DNA from: Acidobacteriota bacterium
GTDB taxonomy: Bacteria; Acidobacteriota; UBA6911; RPQK01; JADFOI01
Length of the DNA stretch: 64,000 bases
Assembly: GCA_963663035.1 (NCBI GenBank)
Contig: OY760074.1
Coordinates: forward strand, 2,784,001-2,848,000
Reading direction: 5' to 3'
Below are positions 20,792 through 32,400 of this stretch, one piece after another. How positions within the stretch are numbered: position 1 is the first letter of the stretch; each line of letters begins with the position of its first letter. The notes below the pieces were generated by a model that was given only the letters and a program-made list of their open reading frames with translations, had not been told where the DNA came from and made no database searches. Both the position numbers and the translations under genes were made by a program.

Positions 20792-23700
20792 TTGAGTAAC
20801 AGCTTTCAAAAGACCCTTGACCACATCCGGTCCATTGCCGATTCCGAAGCACACAAGGGCCGCCTCTTCGAGAGGCTGATGAAGACGTACTTTATCGAGG
20901 ATCCACTTTACAAGGAAAGGTTCTCCCATGTTTGGTTGTGGTCCGAGTGGTCGGCCCTGAAGCCGGGATTCGATGGTGCCGATACGGGCATCGATCTGGT
21001 TGCCGAGGAGCGCGAAGGCGGTTACTGCGCCATTCAGTGCAAGTGCTACGCACCTGGTACGCGGATTTCAAAGCCCCATCTTGATTCGTTCATCGCCGCC
21101 TCGGCCCGCGAGCCCTTCACCGCCCGCGTCGTCGTCGATACCGGCGATGGGTGGGGGCCGAACGCGGTCAAGACCATCGTTCCCCTGAAGCACACCTGCA
21201 CGGTGCTCCGTCTCGACGATCTCACGAGCCGACCGTTCGACTGGCCGGATCTGGTCCACGAAGAACCGGAGGCGCTGACGTATCGGCGTGAGCCTTTCAG
21301 TCTGCGGCCCCATCAGAAGGCCGCGCTCGACGACGTAGCCAGAGGCTTCGAGGCGCATGATCGTGGCAAGTTGATCATGGCCTGCGGGACGGGGAAGACC
21401 TTTGCCGCGCTACGCATAGCTGAAGCCATCGCGGGGATCGGGGGCCGGGTGCTCTATCTTGTGCCGTCGATATCACTGTTCCAACAATCCATGCGGGAAT
21501 GGGCGACGCAACAGGCAATCCCGCATCGCTATATCGGAATCTGCTCCGATACCCGCGCTGGTCGAAACGACGAGGACGCATCGCTTCAGGAACTCGAGAT
21601 CCCGGTCACCACAGATCCGTCGACGATTTCCCGGGCGTTGCGGTTATCGTGTACGGAGGCGATAACCGTGGTTTTTTGCACCTACCACTCGCTCGCCATC
21701 GTGGAACAGGCGCAAGACGATGGGGCACCCGTATTCGACATCATCCTTTGCGACGAGGCCCACAGAACGACCGGCATCGAGCAGCCCGGTGACAAGACCT
21801 CGCCCTTCGTGCTGGTTCACGATGCTCAAAGAATTCGGGCATCAAAGCGCCTCTATATGACCGCCACGCCGCGTCTCTACACTGAGGGCGCGAAGGCAAA
21901 AGCGGCACGCCACGACATCGAAGTGTTCTCCATGGACGATGAGGTGACCTATGGACCGGAGTTTCACTGCCTGCCCTTCTCCCGGTCCGTCGAACAGGAT
22001 CTGTTGTCCGACTACAAGGTCGTGGTTCTCGCCATGTCCGAGCAACATGTCGACGCTGCGCTGCAGGCGCATCTGGCAACGGGTGACAGCGAGATCAACA
22101 TCACCGACGCAGCGAAGATCGTTGGTTGCTGGCGCGCGTTGCAGAACCCCGAGAACAGGCTCCCCGGCAACGGACCGATACCCCGCCTGACCCGTGCGAT
22201 CGCATTCACCAACACGATCCTCTCATCGAAGCGGCTGGTGGATCATTGGGAAAACATCGTCGGGCACGCCATCGAACTATTGCCCGCGCGGGATCGTCCG
22301 GGCGCTTTCCGCTGCGAGACGCGCCACGTCGATGGACAGCACCACGCGCTCGATCGCAAGGCCCGAATCGAATGGCTTAAGGGCGATTCCGGGGGAACCT
22401 GCCGCATTCTCTCGAACGCCCGGTGCCTATCCGAGGGCATCGACGTGCCGGCGCTCGATGCCGTGCTCTTCATGAGTCCTCGAAATTCTCAGATCGATAT
22501 CGTGCAGGCCGTTGGTCGCGTCATGCGCAAGGCGGCGGGGAAGCAGTACGGCTATATCGTGCTTCCGGTGGCCCTGCCGGCAGGTGTAGAACCGGCTACT
22601 GCGCTCGACGACAACGAACGGTTCGCTGCTGTCTGGAGAGTCCTGCGCGCGCTACGCTCACACGACGACTGGTTCGATGCCGAGATTAACAAGATCGACC
22701 TCAATGACACGCCGACTGATCGGATCATCTTCAGCGGCGATGGGGTTGATGGTCAGGTTGGCGGGTCGAGTGCCCCCGAGCTGCCCTTCCCGCCACTCGA
22801 TCTGCCACCCGGAGCGATCTTCGCTAAGGTCGTCGAGAAATGCGGGGACCGTAAATACTGGGAGACCTGGGCCAAGGACGTGGCCGACATCTTCTCGCGG
22901 CTCGTCCATCGGATCGAGAATCTTCTGGACAGTCCCGATAACCAGACCCTGCACGAATGGTTCGACGCCTTCCACGAGGAACTTAGGGGTTCGATCAACG
23001 AGTCGATTACCCGCAAAAATGCCATCGAAATGATGGCGCAGCACATTCTGACACGGCCGGTCTTCGAGGCGTTGTTCGAACATTACGATTTCGCCGCAGG
23101 CAACCCGGTGGCGCGGGCGTTGGACGCCCTGCGACAGGATTTCGGGGAGTTCGGCCTGGAGAACGAGACGCGGGATCTGGAACGCTTCTACGAAAGCGTC
23201 CGCATGCGCGCGCGTGGTCTTGACAACAGCGAAGCACGGCAACGCGTGCTGATGGAACTCTATGAGAAGTTTTTCGCCACAGCCCTTAAAAAGGACGCGG
23301 ACCGTCTCGGCATCGTCTACACGCCGGTGGAAGTCGTGGATTTCATCCTGAGCAGTGCCGATCACGTGTTGCGCCGGGAGTTCGGCCGAAGCCTGAGCGA
23401 CGAGGGCGTTCATGTCCTCGACCCCTTCACTGGCTCCGGCATCTTTCTCGTTCGGCTGATCCAGTCCGCGCTTGTCCGGGAATCCGATCTCGCAAGGAAA
23501 TACCACAGAGAGTTCCACGCCAACGAGATCGTCCTGCTGGCCTACTACATCGCGGCCATCCACATTGAGGAGGCGTTCCACAGTCGGCGCGGCCCCGAGA
23601 GCGCCTATGAGCCCTTCGACGGTATCGTCTTGACCGATACGTTTAATCTGCACACCGACAGGACAGGCTTCCCGAAGAATTGGCTTCCGGTCAACAGCGG

Positions 23701-24151
23701 GCGTGTGGAACGCCAACAGGATTTGCCGATTCAGGTTATTGTCGGCAATCCTCCGTGGTCGGCGGGGCAGAGGAGCTCCGCGGACGACAACCCGAACGTC
23801 GACTATCCCGAGCTCGAGAAGCGCATCGCAAAAACCTATGCAGCACGCTCCCGTTCGACGAACAAGAACAGTCTCTATGACACCTATAAGATGGCAATCC
23901 GCTGGGCGTCGGACCGGATTGGCGAACAAGGAGTGGTTGCGCTCGTCACCAACGGCTCTTGGATCGATGGTAACGTGGATTCGGGCGTTCGCGCCTGCCT
24001 GGCGGAGGAATTCAGCTCGGTTTATGTTCTGAACCTGCGGGGCAATCAGCGGACCCAGGGAGAACGCTCGCGTCGGGAAGGGGGCAAAGTATTCGGCAAT
24101 TCTTGTGCGCTGACCGGTTCCGTTCTCAGCCCGCGCTGCTGCAGGCGCTGA
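20792..24151 (+). pseudogene. Type ISP restriction-modification enzyme (LlaGI/LlaBIII-like), truncated before the TRD
   Basis: Mrr-like GIDLV...AIQCK; SF2 helicase GTGKT, DEAH and QAVGRVMR; MTase DPFTGSG and NPPW. Homology stops at EGGKVFG (~24097). Confidence 0.9.
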
Positions 24152-24336
24152 AGCTGTTCGGCGGTGACTTCCACCACCAAGTATCCATTTTCGTACTTGG
24201 ATTCGATCGGCTCCAAACCTGCGGCAATAAGCCGGCCGGTCGGCAGATCGTCGAAGAAGACACGGACGATCGTCTCTTCGCCGGAGATCTGCGCCCGCAG
24301 CTCAGGGCCAATCGCCGCAACAAGGATGCTCAACAT
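24098..24336 (-). pseudogene. 5' fragment of a secreted protein (M14 carboxypeptidase prodomain-like)
   Basis: Signal peptide followed by IVRVFFDD...YLVVEVTAEQLQRLQQRGL; family call is tentative. Confidence 0.4.
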
Positions 24337-24496
24337 AAAAAGAATGGCCGGCCCACCACGAGCCACCCGAAGAACCCGGTCTAGAGTTGAAGGCCGGTTT
24401 TTACTTTTGTAGGGAAGACGCGACACTTCCGATTCATTGGCCAGAAGACCGGTGTTCGACGCCATCTGTGCGGTGTCAAGCCTCACTGGGCGTCAC

Positions 24497-24817
24497 TCAT
24501 GTTCGAGCAATTGCTATTCGGCCAGAAGTTCGCCAGCTCCCACCCACCGGTCGCTCGAATCGGCGCCAGCGCTTTTCACACGTGTCCGCATAGCGAACGA
24601 CCCAACGCAAAATCGTGGAGTGCGAAATCGATAAACCCCGCTCACCTAAAATCGCGACCGGATCTCGGTAACTCAGTTTGAAGCGAAAATACCAGCGAAG
24701 GCAGAGGAGAATGATGTCGTCTTCGAACCAACGTCCAGCAAATAGAGGATTCCGTTCAGTTTTACGATGCGCCATATCCCATTATCGCCAATTCCCTTCG
24801 CTGTCTGCACCAGAACC
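24497..24817 (-). mobile_element. IS6-family element (type B), left-end fragment
   Basis: IR GGTTCTGGTGCAGA; FAGRWFEDDIILLCLRWYFRFKLSYRD; homolog at 40931-41740. Confidence 0.85.
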
Positions 24818-24993
24818 CCCTCGTGTCGGTTCTCAAACTGCGCGGAGGCGCGGAGCGCGGTCTCGCGGGTCACATCCGATCTCCCGTTGTACATGATCAA
24901 CGGTTGTAACGAGTCCCAAATCCCGATCTCCCAGTCAATCAAGGTGCCGTAGCAGTCGAGCGTCAGGACACGGTAGTCGGTCAGCCGAAGCAT
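24818..24993 (-). pseudogene. HAD-family (haloacid dehalogenase type II) N-terminal fragment
   Basis: VLTLDCYGTLIDWE motif I; cut by the IS6 end. Confidence 0.8.
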
Positions 24994-24997
24994 GGTT

Positions 24998-25672
24998 TTA
25001 CGTTCCTTTCCGCCCGATGACGACCGTCATCCCAGCCTCAGCCCAGACGCACTCGGCACCGAAGCCGGCCGACTCGACAGCCGCTAGCTCCTCTTCAAGT
25101 GGAAAGTAGGTATCCTCTTCGGCCCATTCCTTGAAGTGTTCGAGTACACGCCGCTCTTCGACACCCTGCGCCACCATGTAATCGGCCCACGCGCGCCACG
25201 TCGCCTCGCGTGCGACCGGTTCTGCGGGCATCGTCGCGTCCGCGTTGACGAAAACCCCGGCCGGTCCAAGCGCGTCGTGGATGCGCCGGTAAAGCGCGCG
25301 CTTCGTGTCAATCGTCGGGATATGGTGCAGGGCCAGCGAAGCTGCCACGCCGTCACAGTGCGGCAACGCTGCGAGAAACGACCGCTCAGAGAATCGAACG
25401 CGGCCGGCAAACCGCGCGAGACGCTTCCGGGCATGGGCGAGCATTTCCCGGTCAACGTCGATCAGCTCGACGGTCCCGGTTCCCGCCGTGAGAATCACCT
25501 CGGAGAGCGCGCCGGTTCCGCCCCCAAGGTCTAGCACCAAGCCGGAACCGACAGAGGACAGCTCATGGGCCGCTGCGTCGAGCATTGCCTCGTAACCGGG
25601 AATGTACCGGCGAATCGTCTCATCGTAGGCATCGATTTCAATTCGCATGTGTCGGCGCACGGAATGACTCAT
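24998..25672 (-). CDS. Class I SAM-dependent methyltransferase
   Basis: VLDLGGGTG, LIDVD, SLALHH and GVFVNAD motifs. Confidence 0.88.
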   Translation of the reverse strand: MSHSVRRHMRIEIDAYDETIRRYIPGYEAMLDAAAHELSSVGSGLVLDLGGGTGALSEVILTAGTGTVELIDVDREMLAHARKRLARFAGRVRFSERSFLAALPHCDGVAASLALHHIPTIDTKRALYRRIHDALGPAGVFVNADATMPAEPVAREATWRAWADYMVAQGVEERRVLEHFKEWAEEDTYFPLEEELAAVESAGFGAECVWAEAGMTVVIGRKGT

Positions 25673-25709
25673 TTCCTTCCTTTGCTCGGTTGGCCTGATC
25701 GGGCCGAGA

Positions 25710-25801
25710 GGCATTGTCAAGTTAACGCATCACAAACTGAGACAGCCCCAAGATATCGTTAGTAAAACCACGTCTGAATACTCGATGGGGTGGCTTGAAC
25801 C
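25710..25801 (+). mobile_element. IS6-like MITE copy, cut by IS3
   Basis: GGCATTGTCAAGTTAACGCATCACAA...AAAACCACGTCTGA matches 35795 and 37716. Confidence 0.75.
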
Positions 25802-26342
25802 TGACCTGCCCCCACGAACGAGTCCACCCTCTAAGTTAGACTCGGAGCCATTTGAAGTCCACTCCACGGGATAAGATCCAGTGCCTGCGACCTAGGTAGT
25901 TTGGCCTCTGGCGCCGGCGGCCGATAGGCCAAGGCGCTGTGAGGCCGGATCTGATTGTAATCCCTCCGCCAGCGTTCTACCAACACCTTGGCTTCCCCCA
26001 GCGTGTCGAAGATCTCCATGTTCAGCAGCTCATCCCGTAGTTTCCCGTTTAAACTCTCAATGTACCCATTCTCCCAGGGGCTGCCCGGCTCGATGTACAA
26101 GGTCCTTACCCCAACAGCCTGCAGCCAGTCCCGGACCGCCTGTGCCGTAAACTCCGATCCGTTATCGGACCGGATAAACTCAGGCACTCCCCGATCAACG
26201 AATAACTCCGCCAACCGGCCCAACACGTCTTGGTGATTCATCTGCCGTTTCACATCAATGGCGAAGCACTCTCTGGTGTACTCATCCAGGATCGTCAATA
26301 GTCGAAAGGCTCGCCCATCATGGGTCCGTTCATGTACGAAAT
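25802..26342 (-). mobile_element. IS3-family element, right-end half
   Basis: Same IR and orfB 3' half as the copy at 13580, slightly diverged. Confidence 0.9.
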
Positions 26343-26901
26343 TACCGCTCCAGCCGTTCCTGGCTCGCCGCCAGATCGCGCCGCAGCTTGGCCACGGTGA
26401 AGTTCCGGTCCCGGCTGTTCACCGCCTTGATCCGCGTGCCATCGACCGCGATCAACTCCCGGCCGAACAGTTCCAGGCTCCGGCACACCTTCACGAAGTC
26501 ACGGAACACTTGCCGGAACGCCTCCCGGTTCTCGCGCCGGAAATCCGCAATGGTCTTGAAGTTCGGCCGCAGGCGGCGCAACAGCCAGATCGCCTCCAGC
26601 CGACGGCTGGACCGCACCCGGTTCAGATACCCGTAGATGTACAGCTTCAGCAAGTCGGAGGGATCGTACCCCGGGCGCCCGGTCTCTTTCGGCTCCGCTC
26701 GTTCGAACCCGGCCCCAGCCAAGTCGAGACTGTCGACGAAAGCGTCGATGAACCGCACTGGGTTGTCGGGACCCACATAGTCGTCTACCGTGTCCGGCAG
26801 TAGAAGCACCTGTGCGCGATCTGTCCCTGTGATGTGTGCCATGCCCCATTCTACCTCCAGTAGGCAGGGGGGGCGTCCCGGTGGCTTTTCACACAGTCTG
26901 G
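26343..26901 (-). mobile_element. IS1182-family transposase 5' fragment
   Basis: MAHITGTDRAQ...GRPGYDP.DLLKLYIYGY...SSRRLE...PNFKTIADFR...AVDGTRIKA; end CCAGACTGTGTGAAAA. Confidence 0.88.
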
Positions 26902-26958
26902 CTCCTTTACGCAAACCCGGCCCGGCTGGGAAGCACAACTGAGGTAATCTGTAAGGTC

Positions 26959-27255
26959 ATGAAGGGTCACGCACTTTATCGCCACTTGCACGTGGACTGG
27001 GTAGGCGAATTAGCCACCGGGTCGATCACGCTGTGCGGCGGCGCGAATGAAGACAGCGGAACCGAACAGACACTCTGCCCCAACTGTGCCCAGGTCCGCG
27101 ATGCCCTGAACGTTTGTGGGTTTGGCCCGGAGAGCCTACGAGAGCTATTTGACGCGCTCCGGGTGATCGACCCTTCCGAGGTGAAAGCGAAGATGGAAGC
27201 GCTTCGAGGTCTGGGGGTGCAGATGGAGATGCAGGATCGGTCGCAACTCAACTAA
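26959..27255 (+). CDS. Small hypothetical CPNC protein, paralog of 9129..9425
   Basis: Near-identical 98-aa frame and flanks. Confidence 0.6.
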   Translation: MKGHALYRHLHVDWVGELATGSITLCGGANEDSGTEQTLCPNCAQVRDALNVCGFGPESLRELFDALRVIDPSEVKAKMEALRGLGVQMEMQDRSQLN

Positions 27256-27315
27256 CAGAGCATTGTTGCATGGATCGGGGCGGAAACGGGGCCGGTCGGA
27301 TGGCCTCCCGTTAGA

Positions 27316-27343
27316 AGGTAACATAAAGGACATTATGTTACCT
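27316..27343 (+). other. 28-bp symmetric dif/lox-like site A
   Basis: AGGTAACATAA-AGGACA-TTATGTTACCT: perfect 11-bp inverted arms, 6-bp core. Confidence 0.7.
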
Positions 27344-27692
27344 CAACTACGGAACGCAGGATCTGGTCCCGAAATCCCATCGTTTGATCAGGCTCAATGC
27401 GGTGCATCTGGCCTTTTTGCGCAAGGCCCGCTTCAAGCGGATGCACCGCCAGGGTGACCGGCTCGGTTTCACCCAAAGCGGCCGGCTGCGGCCTCCCAGG
27501 CCTTCGGCATCGTCCGCGCCAGATACCTCCGAAATGGTACCCACCCAACCTGGAGGCCGTATCACCTTTAGTTCGACCCCTCCGGACCCAGTATCTTCTT
27601 GTCCAGGGGTGTTTGCCGAACGTTCTGAGGCCGGATCGGAGGGCTAGGCTCCGCCCTACTCCCGGAGGGGCGATAGCTTTCGTTAACGGTGA

Positions 27693-28163
27693 TTACGGTT
27701 TGCAGTCCTGGTAGTCCGAGGTCATACACGCCCGTGCCAGTTCAGTCGCGCGGCTGATCTCGGCGCGGGTCATGTCACGGTCAAGATTGTCCCGCAACTC
27801 TCTGGCGGCTTCGTGGCCGTTTGCGCCAGCGATGTTGGACCACATGTGCGCGAGCACGGAGTCCTTGAGGACACCCCGCCCGTTGGCGTACATGACCCCG
27901 AGGTTAAGCTGTGCATCGGCAAACCCCTGATCGGCGGACAGACAGTACCAGCGCACGGCTTCGGCAGCGTCCTCCGGGACACCCTGCCCATTGGCGTACA
28001 TGAGCCCGCGGTTGTACTGCGCCTCGGCGTCACCCTGGTCGGCAGCTTGCCGGACCGTGTCGAGATCGTCTTGTGCCGAGAGCACCATGATGGCGAGACC
28101 ACCCGCCACGATCACGGCAGCAGTTATGCGGATCAGCCTTGGTATTTTATTTATCGGCTTCAA
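27693..28163 (-). CDS. Secreted Sel1-like repeat protein, 2 repeats (paralog of 7024..8250)
   Basis: Same signal peptide, caps and upstream DNA as the 9-repeat copy. Confidence 0.9.
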   Translation of the reverse strand: MKPINKIPRLIRITAAVIVAGGLAIMVLSAQDDLDTVRQAADQGDAEAQYNRGLMYANGQGVPEDAAEAVRWYCLSADQGFADAQLNLGVMYANGRGVLKDSVLAHMWSNIAGANGHEAARELRDNLDRDMTRAEISRATELARACMTSDYQDCKP

Positions 28164-28218
28164 ATGCGGGTTACTCTCCTCTCTCCAGCCCCTAGCATAT
28201 CCGAGTCAGGATGCTAGG

Positions 28219-29031
28219 GGCATTGTCAGAGAAAAACAGGCTTGATTCGGCGGGATGCGTCTTGTAAGTGTCTTTGGATGAAGAGCCCATTTCGCTATTT
28301 CAAGACTTCGCCCGAAATCATCCGCCTTGCGGTGATGATGTATGTGCGCTTCCCACTGTAGCTACGCAATGTTGAGGACCTTCTCCACGAGCGCGGGATC
28401 GAGGTGAGCCACGAGACGATCCGGTTCTGGTGGAACAGTTTTGGCCCGATCTTTGCCGCCGAGCTCCGCAAGAAGCGGAAGGGTCGAATGCGTGCGTTGT
28501 CGGGTTGTCGGTGGCACCTCGATGAGGTGTTCGTGAAAATCCATGGCGAACGCCATTACCTGTGGCGCGCCGTGGACCAGGAAGGCGAGGTGCTGGAGGC
28601 CTTTGTCTCGAAGAAGAGAGACCGCAAGGCCGCCTTGAAATTCCTCAGGAAACTGATGAAGCGCTACCCTAGACCGGATGCGATCATCGCGGATAGGCTA
28701 AGGTCTTACCGCGCGGCATTGCGTGAACTGGGCGGAAGCGGTCGGTGTCAAGCTGGCCGCTGGCGGAACAATCGTGCGGAGAATTCCCACCTGCCGTTCC
28801 GGCGACGAGAACACGCAATGCTCCGTTTCAGGCGGATGCGAAGCCTCCAGAAATTTGCCACCGTCCATTCTTCCGTCTACAACCACTTCAACCTGCGACG
28901 ACTCCTCTGTTCACGGGACAATTTCAAGCTCAACCGCGCCGCTGCACTTGCCCAGTGGCGTCAACTCGGGGCGGCCTAATTCCCTATCGCCAGTGGAGAA
29001 CTCAGACCTGCGGATTTCCTCTGACAGTGCC
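28219..29031 (+). mobile_element. IS6-family element (type A) copy 1; transposase has TAG at 28359
   Basis: IRs GGCATTGTCAGAG / CTCTGACAGTGCC; WHLDEVFVKI...YLWRAVDQEG...NNRAENSH. Confidence 0.93.
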
Positions 29032-29091
29032 GTGGGGTAAGCTCATAATAGCCCGGGTTGCCTCAAACATAGGCTTCTAGGAGAACGTAAT

Positions 29092-29462
29092 ATGGGCATG
29101 GGCCGGAAAAGGCGGCAACAGGAATCGCTGTGGATAGCGACCTAGGAGTTGCCGCGAACCAAGGACCACGTCTCCTACTACTGGGTGAACCGGATTCTCG
29201 GAGAACATCAGTTTGATGCGTTTGCCAAGTCGCTGTGCGAGAAATTCTACGCGGTGCGGGGCGGGCCGCGAGTGCCGCCGGGAGTGTACTTCAGGATGCT
29301 ATTGGTCGACTACTGCGAGGCCCTGGCCTCGGAACGTGGGATCGCCTGGCGTTGTACCGACTCCTTAAGACTGCAGAACTTTCTGGGTGTCGGACTAGAC
29401 GGCGATGTTCTGGACCATTCGACGCTATCGCGGATCCGGCATCCGATTGACGTGGAGACGCA
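29092..29462 (+). pseudogene. Degenerate DUF772-type (IS1182/IS5-like) transposase N-terminus
   Basis: PPGVYFRMLL...SERGIAWRCTDSL...DHSTLSRIR; TAG at 29143. Confidence 0.75.
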
Positions 29463-29497
29463 TGCACCTGGTCAATCCATTGATTCGGCTGACCAAA

Positions 29498-32400
29498 ATG
29501 TTTAGCTCACTTGTCTGCTACAGGTCCGTTCCTGGACTGGAAGAGAGTCCGGTCCTTGGATTCCCACGTCTCGTCGCCTCCACCATCATGCTGTCGGCGC
29601 TCCTGTCCGGCGTCGCCATGCACCAAGTCCACGCCCAGAACAACAACTCGATCTGCGAGCAGGAGACCCCCCCCGAGATCTGCTCCTGGGGCGGGGAAGT
29701 GCAAGTGTCAACGTCCACGTTGACGATCAGGGAGGGAGAAACCATCAGCTACGCCATAAGGCTCAGTGAGCAGCCGTCCGCCGACGGCTGGTGGGTACGG
29801 ATCCATGTCAACGGAGTGGTGTACATCAACGGCAACCACGGCAACAGCGAGGGAATAGGCATTCGTTGGGTGCCGTCCGTCGGCTGGCAGTTCGATCGGG
29901 AGGAGGGTAAGGAAGATTCGGATCCAACGCAATGGCGAAACGTTCATATAAAAGCATTCCAAGACAACGATGATGATAAGGATGAGTTTGTGACCATCAC
30001 CCACGAGGTGTCGGACGAGAACTTCCAATGCCCACCATCCCTGCACGGTGTGGCCCCTGTGAAGGTGCAAGTCACGGACGACGAGTCGGCGTCGACGGAG
30101 GTGGCGTTGTCGGTGAATCCGATGACGGTGAGCGAAGGGGCGGGCGGAACGACGGTGACGGTGAGGGCGGCGCTGAACGGAGCGCCGCGGTTGGGATCGA
30201 CGCCGGTGAAGGTGGCGGTGGGCAGGACGAGAGACAGCGCGACGGAGGGGACGGACTACGAGACGGTCGATGACCTGACGGTAACGATTCCCGAGGGATT
30301 GACGAGTGCGACGGAGAGGTTCACGTTGACGCCGACCGACGACGTCGTCGTCGAGAGCGACAAGACGGTGACCGTGAGCGGGACGACCACCGCCTCGGGC
30401 ATCACCACTGTCAACCCGGCCACCCTCACCATCACCGACGACGACGTTCCGCCGGACACCATCGAGCTGAAGGTGAGTCCCGCCAGCGTCGCCGAGACCG
30501 CCGGGGAGACAGACATCATGGTGACGGCAGCTTTCCCGCAGGGGAGCACCACCCTGTCAACGCCCACGGGAACGTTACTCTGGCGGCAGCGACTGGTGAA
30601 CGTTACTCTGGCGGCAGCGACTGCCCAGACCGCCGATTTCACTCCGGTGCAGCCCTTCAACGTCACCATCCCCGCCAGCGCCCGTAGCGGGACGGCAACC
30701 TTTCAGTTCACGCCCAACGACGACACCTACATGGAAGGTTCCGAGACGGTGACCGTGAGCGGGACCACCACCGCCTCGGGCATCACCACTATCAACCCGG
30801 CCACCCTCACCATCATCGACGACGACACACCGAACAATCCGCCGACGGGGCAGCCGAGGATTACCGGTACGCCGCAGGTGGGCCAGACCCTGACGGCGGT
30901 GACGACCGACATTCAAGACGCCGACGGCCTGGGCGACTTCGCCTATCAGTGGAAGGCCGACGAAACGAATATCGCCGAGGCAATGGATTCAAGCTACAGG
31001 CTGACCAACAATGAGGGCGGTAAGCGGATCACGGTCACGGTGAGCTTCACCGACGGCATCGGCACCGAAGAAACCGTGACCAGCCAGCCGACCGCCGCGG
31101 TCAGGGACGCGGTTACCCCGCGCTCACCTCCACCCCCGCCGGTCCTGACGGTGGCGTTCGACCTGGCAAGCTACAGCACGACGGAAGGTGGCGATCCGGT
31201 GACGCTGAGGGTGGCGCTGAACCGGACCTCCAACCAGGACCTCACGATTCCAATTACGGTGATGCCGCAAGGCGCGACGGAAGCGGATGATTACACGGTT
31301 TCCGGTCTCACCGATGGAGCGTTGAGTTTTGCTCCCGAAGACCTCTCCAAGACGTTCATGATCGTGGCCAACGAGGACACCGACAGCGACAATGAGACGA
31401 TAGAGTTGGGCTTCGGGACGCTGCCAGAGGGGGTCAGCAAAGGTGAGATGGCCACGGCCACCCTCACCATCATCGACAACGAAACACCGAACAATCCGCC
31501 GACGGGGCAGCCGAGGATTACCGGTACGGCGCGGGTGGGCCAAACCCTGACGGCGGTGACGACCGACATTCAAGACGCCGACGGCCTGGGCGACTTCGCC
31601 TATCAGTGGAAGGCCGACGAAACGAATATCGCCGAGGCAATGGATTCAAGCTACAGGCTGACCAACAATGAGGGCGGTAAGCGGATCACGGTCACGGTGA
31701 GCTTCACCGACAGCATCGGCACCGAAGAAACCGTGACCAGCCAGCCGACCGCCGCGGTCAGGGACGCGGTTACCCCGCCCCCACCTCCACCCCCGCCGGT
31801 CCTGACGGTGGCGTTCGACCTGGCAAGCTACAGCACGACGGAAGGTGGCGATCCGGTGACGCTGAGGGTGGCGCTGAACCGGACCTCCAACCAGGACCTA
31901 ACGATTCCAATCACGGTGATGCCGCAAGGCGCGACGGAAGCGGATGATTACACGGTTTCCGGTCTCACCGATGGAGCGTTGAGTTTTGCTCCCGAAGACC
32001 TCTCCAAGACGTTCATGATCGTGGCCAACGAGGACACCGACAGCGACAATGAGACGATAGAGTTGGGCTTCGGGACGCTGCCAGAGGGGGTCAGCAAAGG
32101 TGAGATGGCCACGGCCACCCTCACCATCGTAGACGCTGGCCCGCCGGAGCTGACGGTAAGCTTTGCGCGGGCCGAGTACACAATTGCCGAAGGAGGCGAG
32201 CCGTCCAGCATCAATGTGAACATCTCCCCGGCTGCGGACCGCCGGGTGGAAGTGCCGCTAGTAGTGACGACGCAAGGAGGTGCGACGAGCCAGGACTACG
32301 ACGGGGTGCCGGCGTCGATCGTCTTCGAGGTCGGCGCGACCGTGGTCACTTTCCAGATGACCGCGTTGGCGGATCAGGAGGATGATCCGGGCAAGAGTAT

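Noticed and set aside
22658-23929. 423-aa antisense ORF (and similar shadow ORFs over Sel1, IS and decarboxylase genes)
   Set aside because: They lie opposite well-supported genes in GC-rich DNA and have no motifs of their own.
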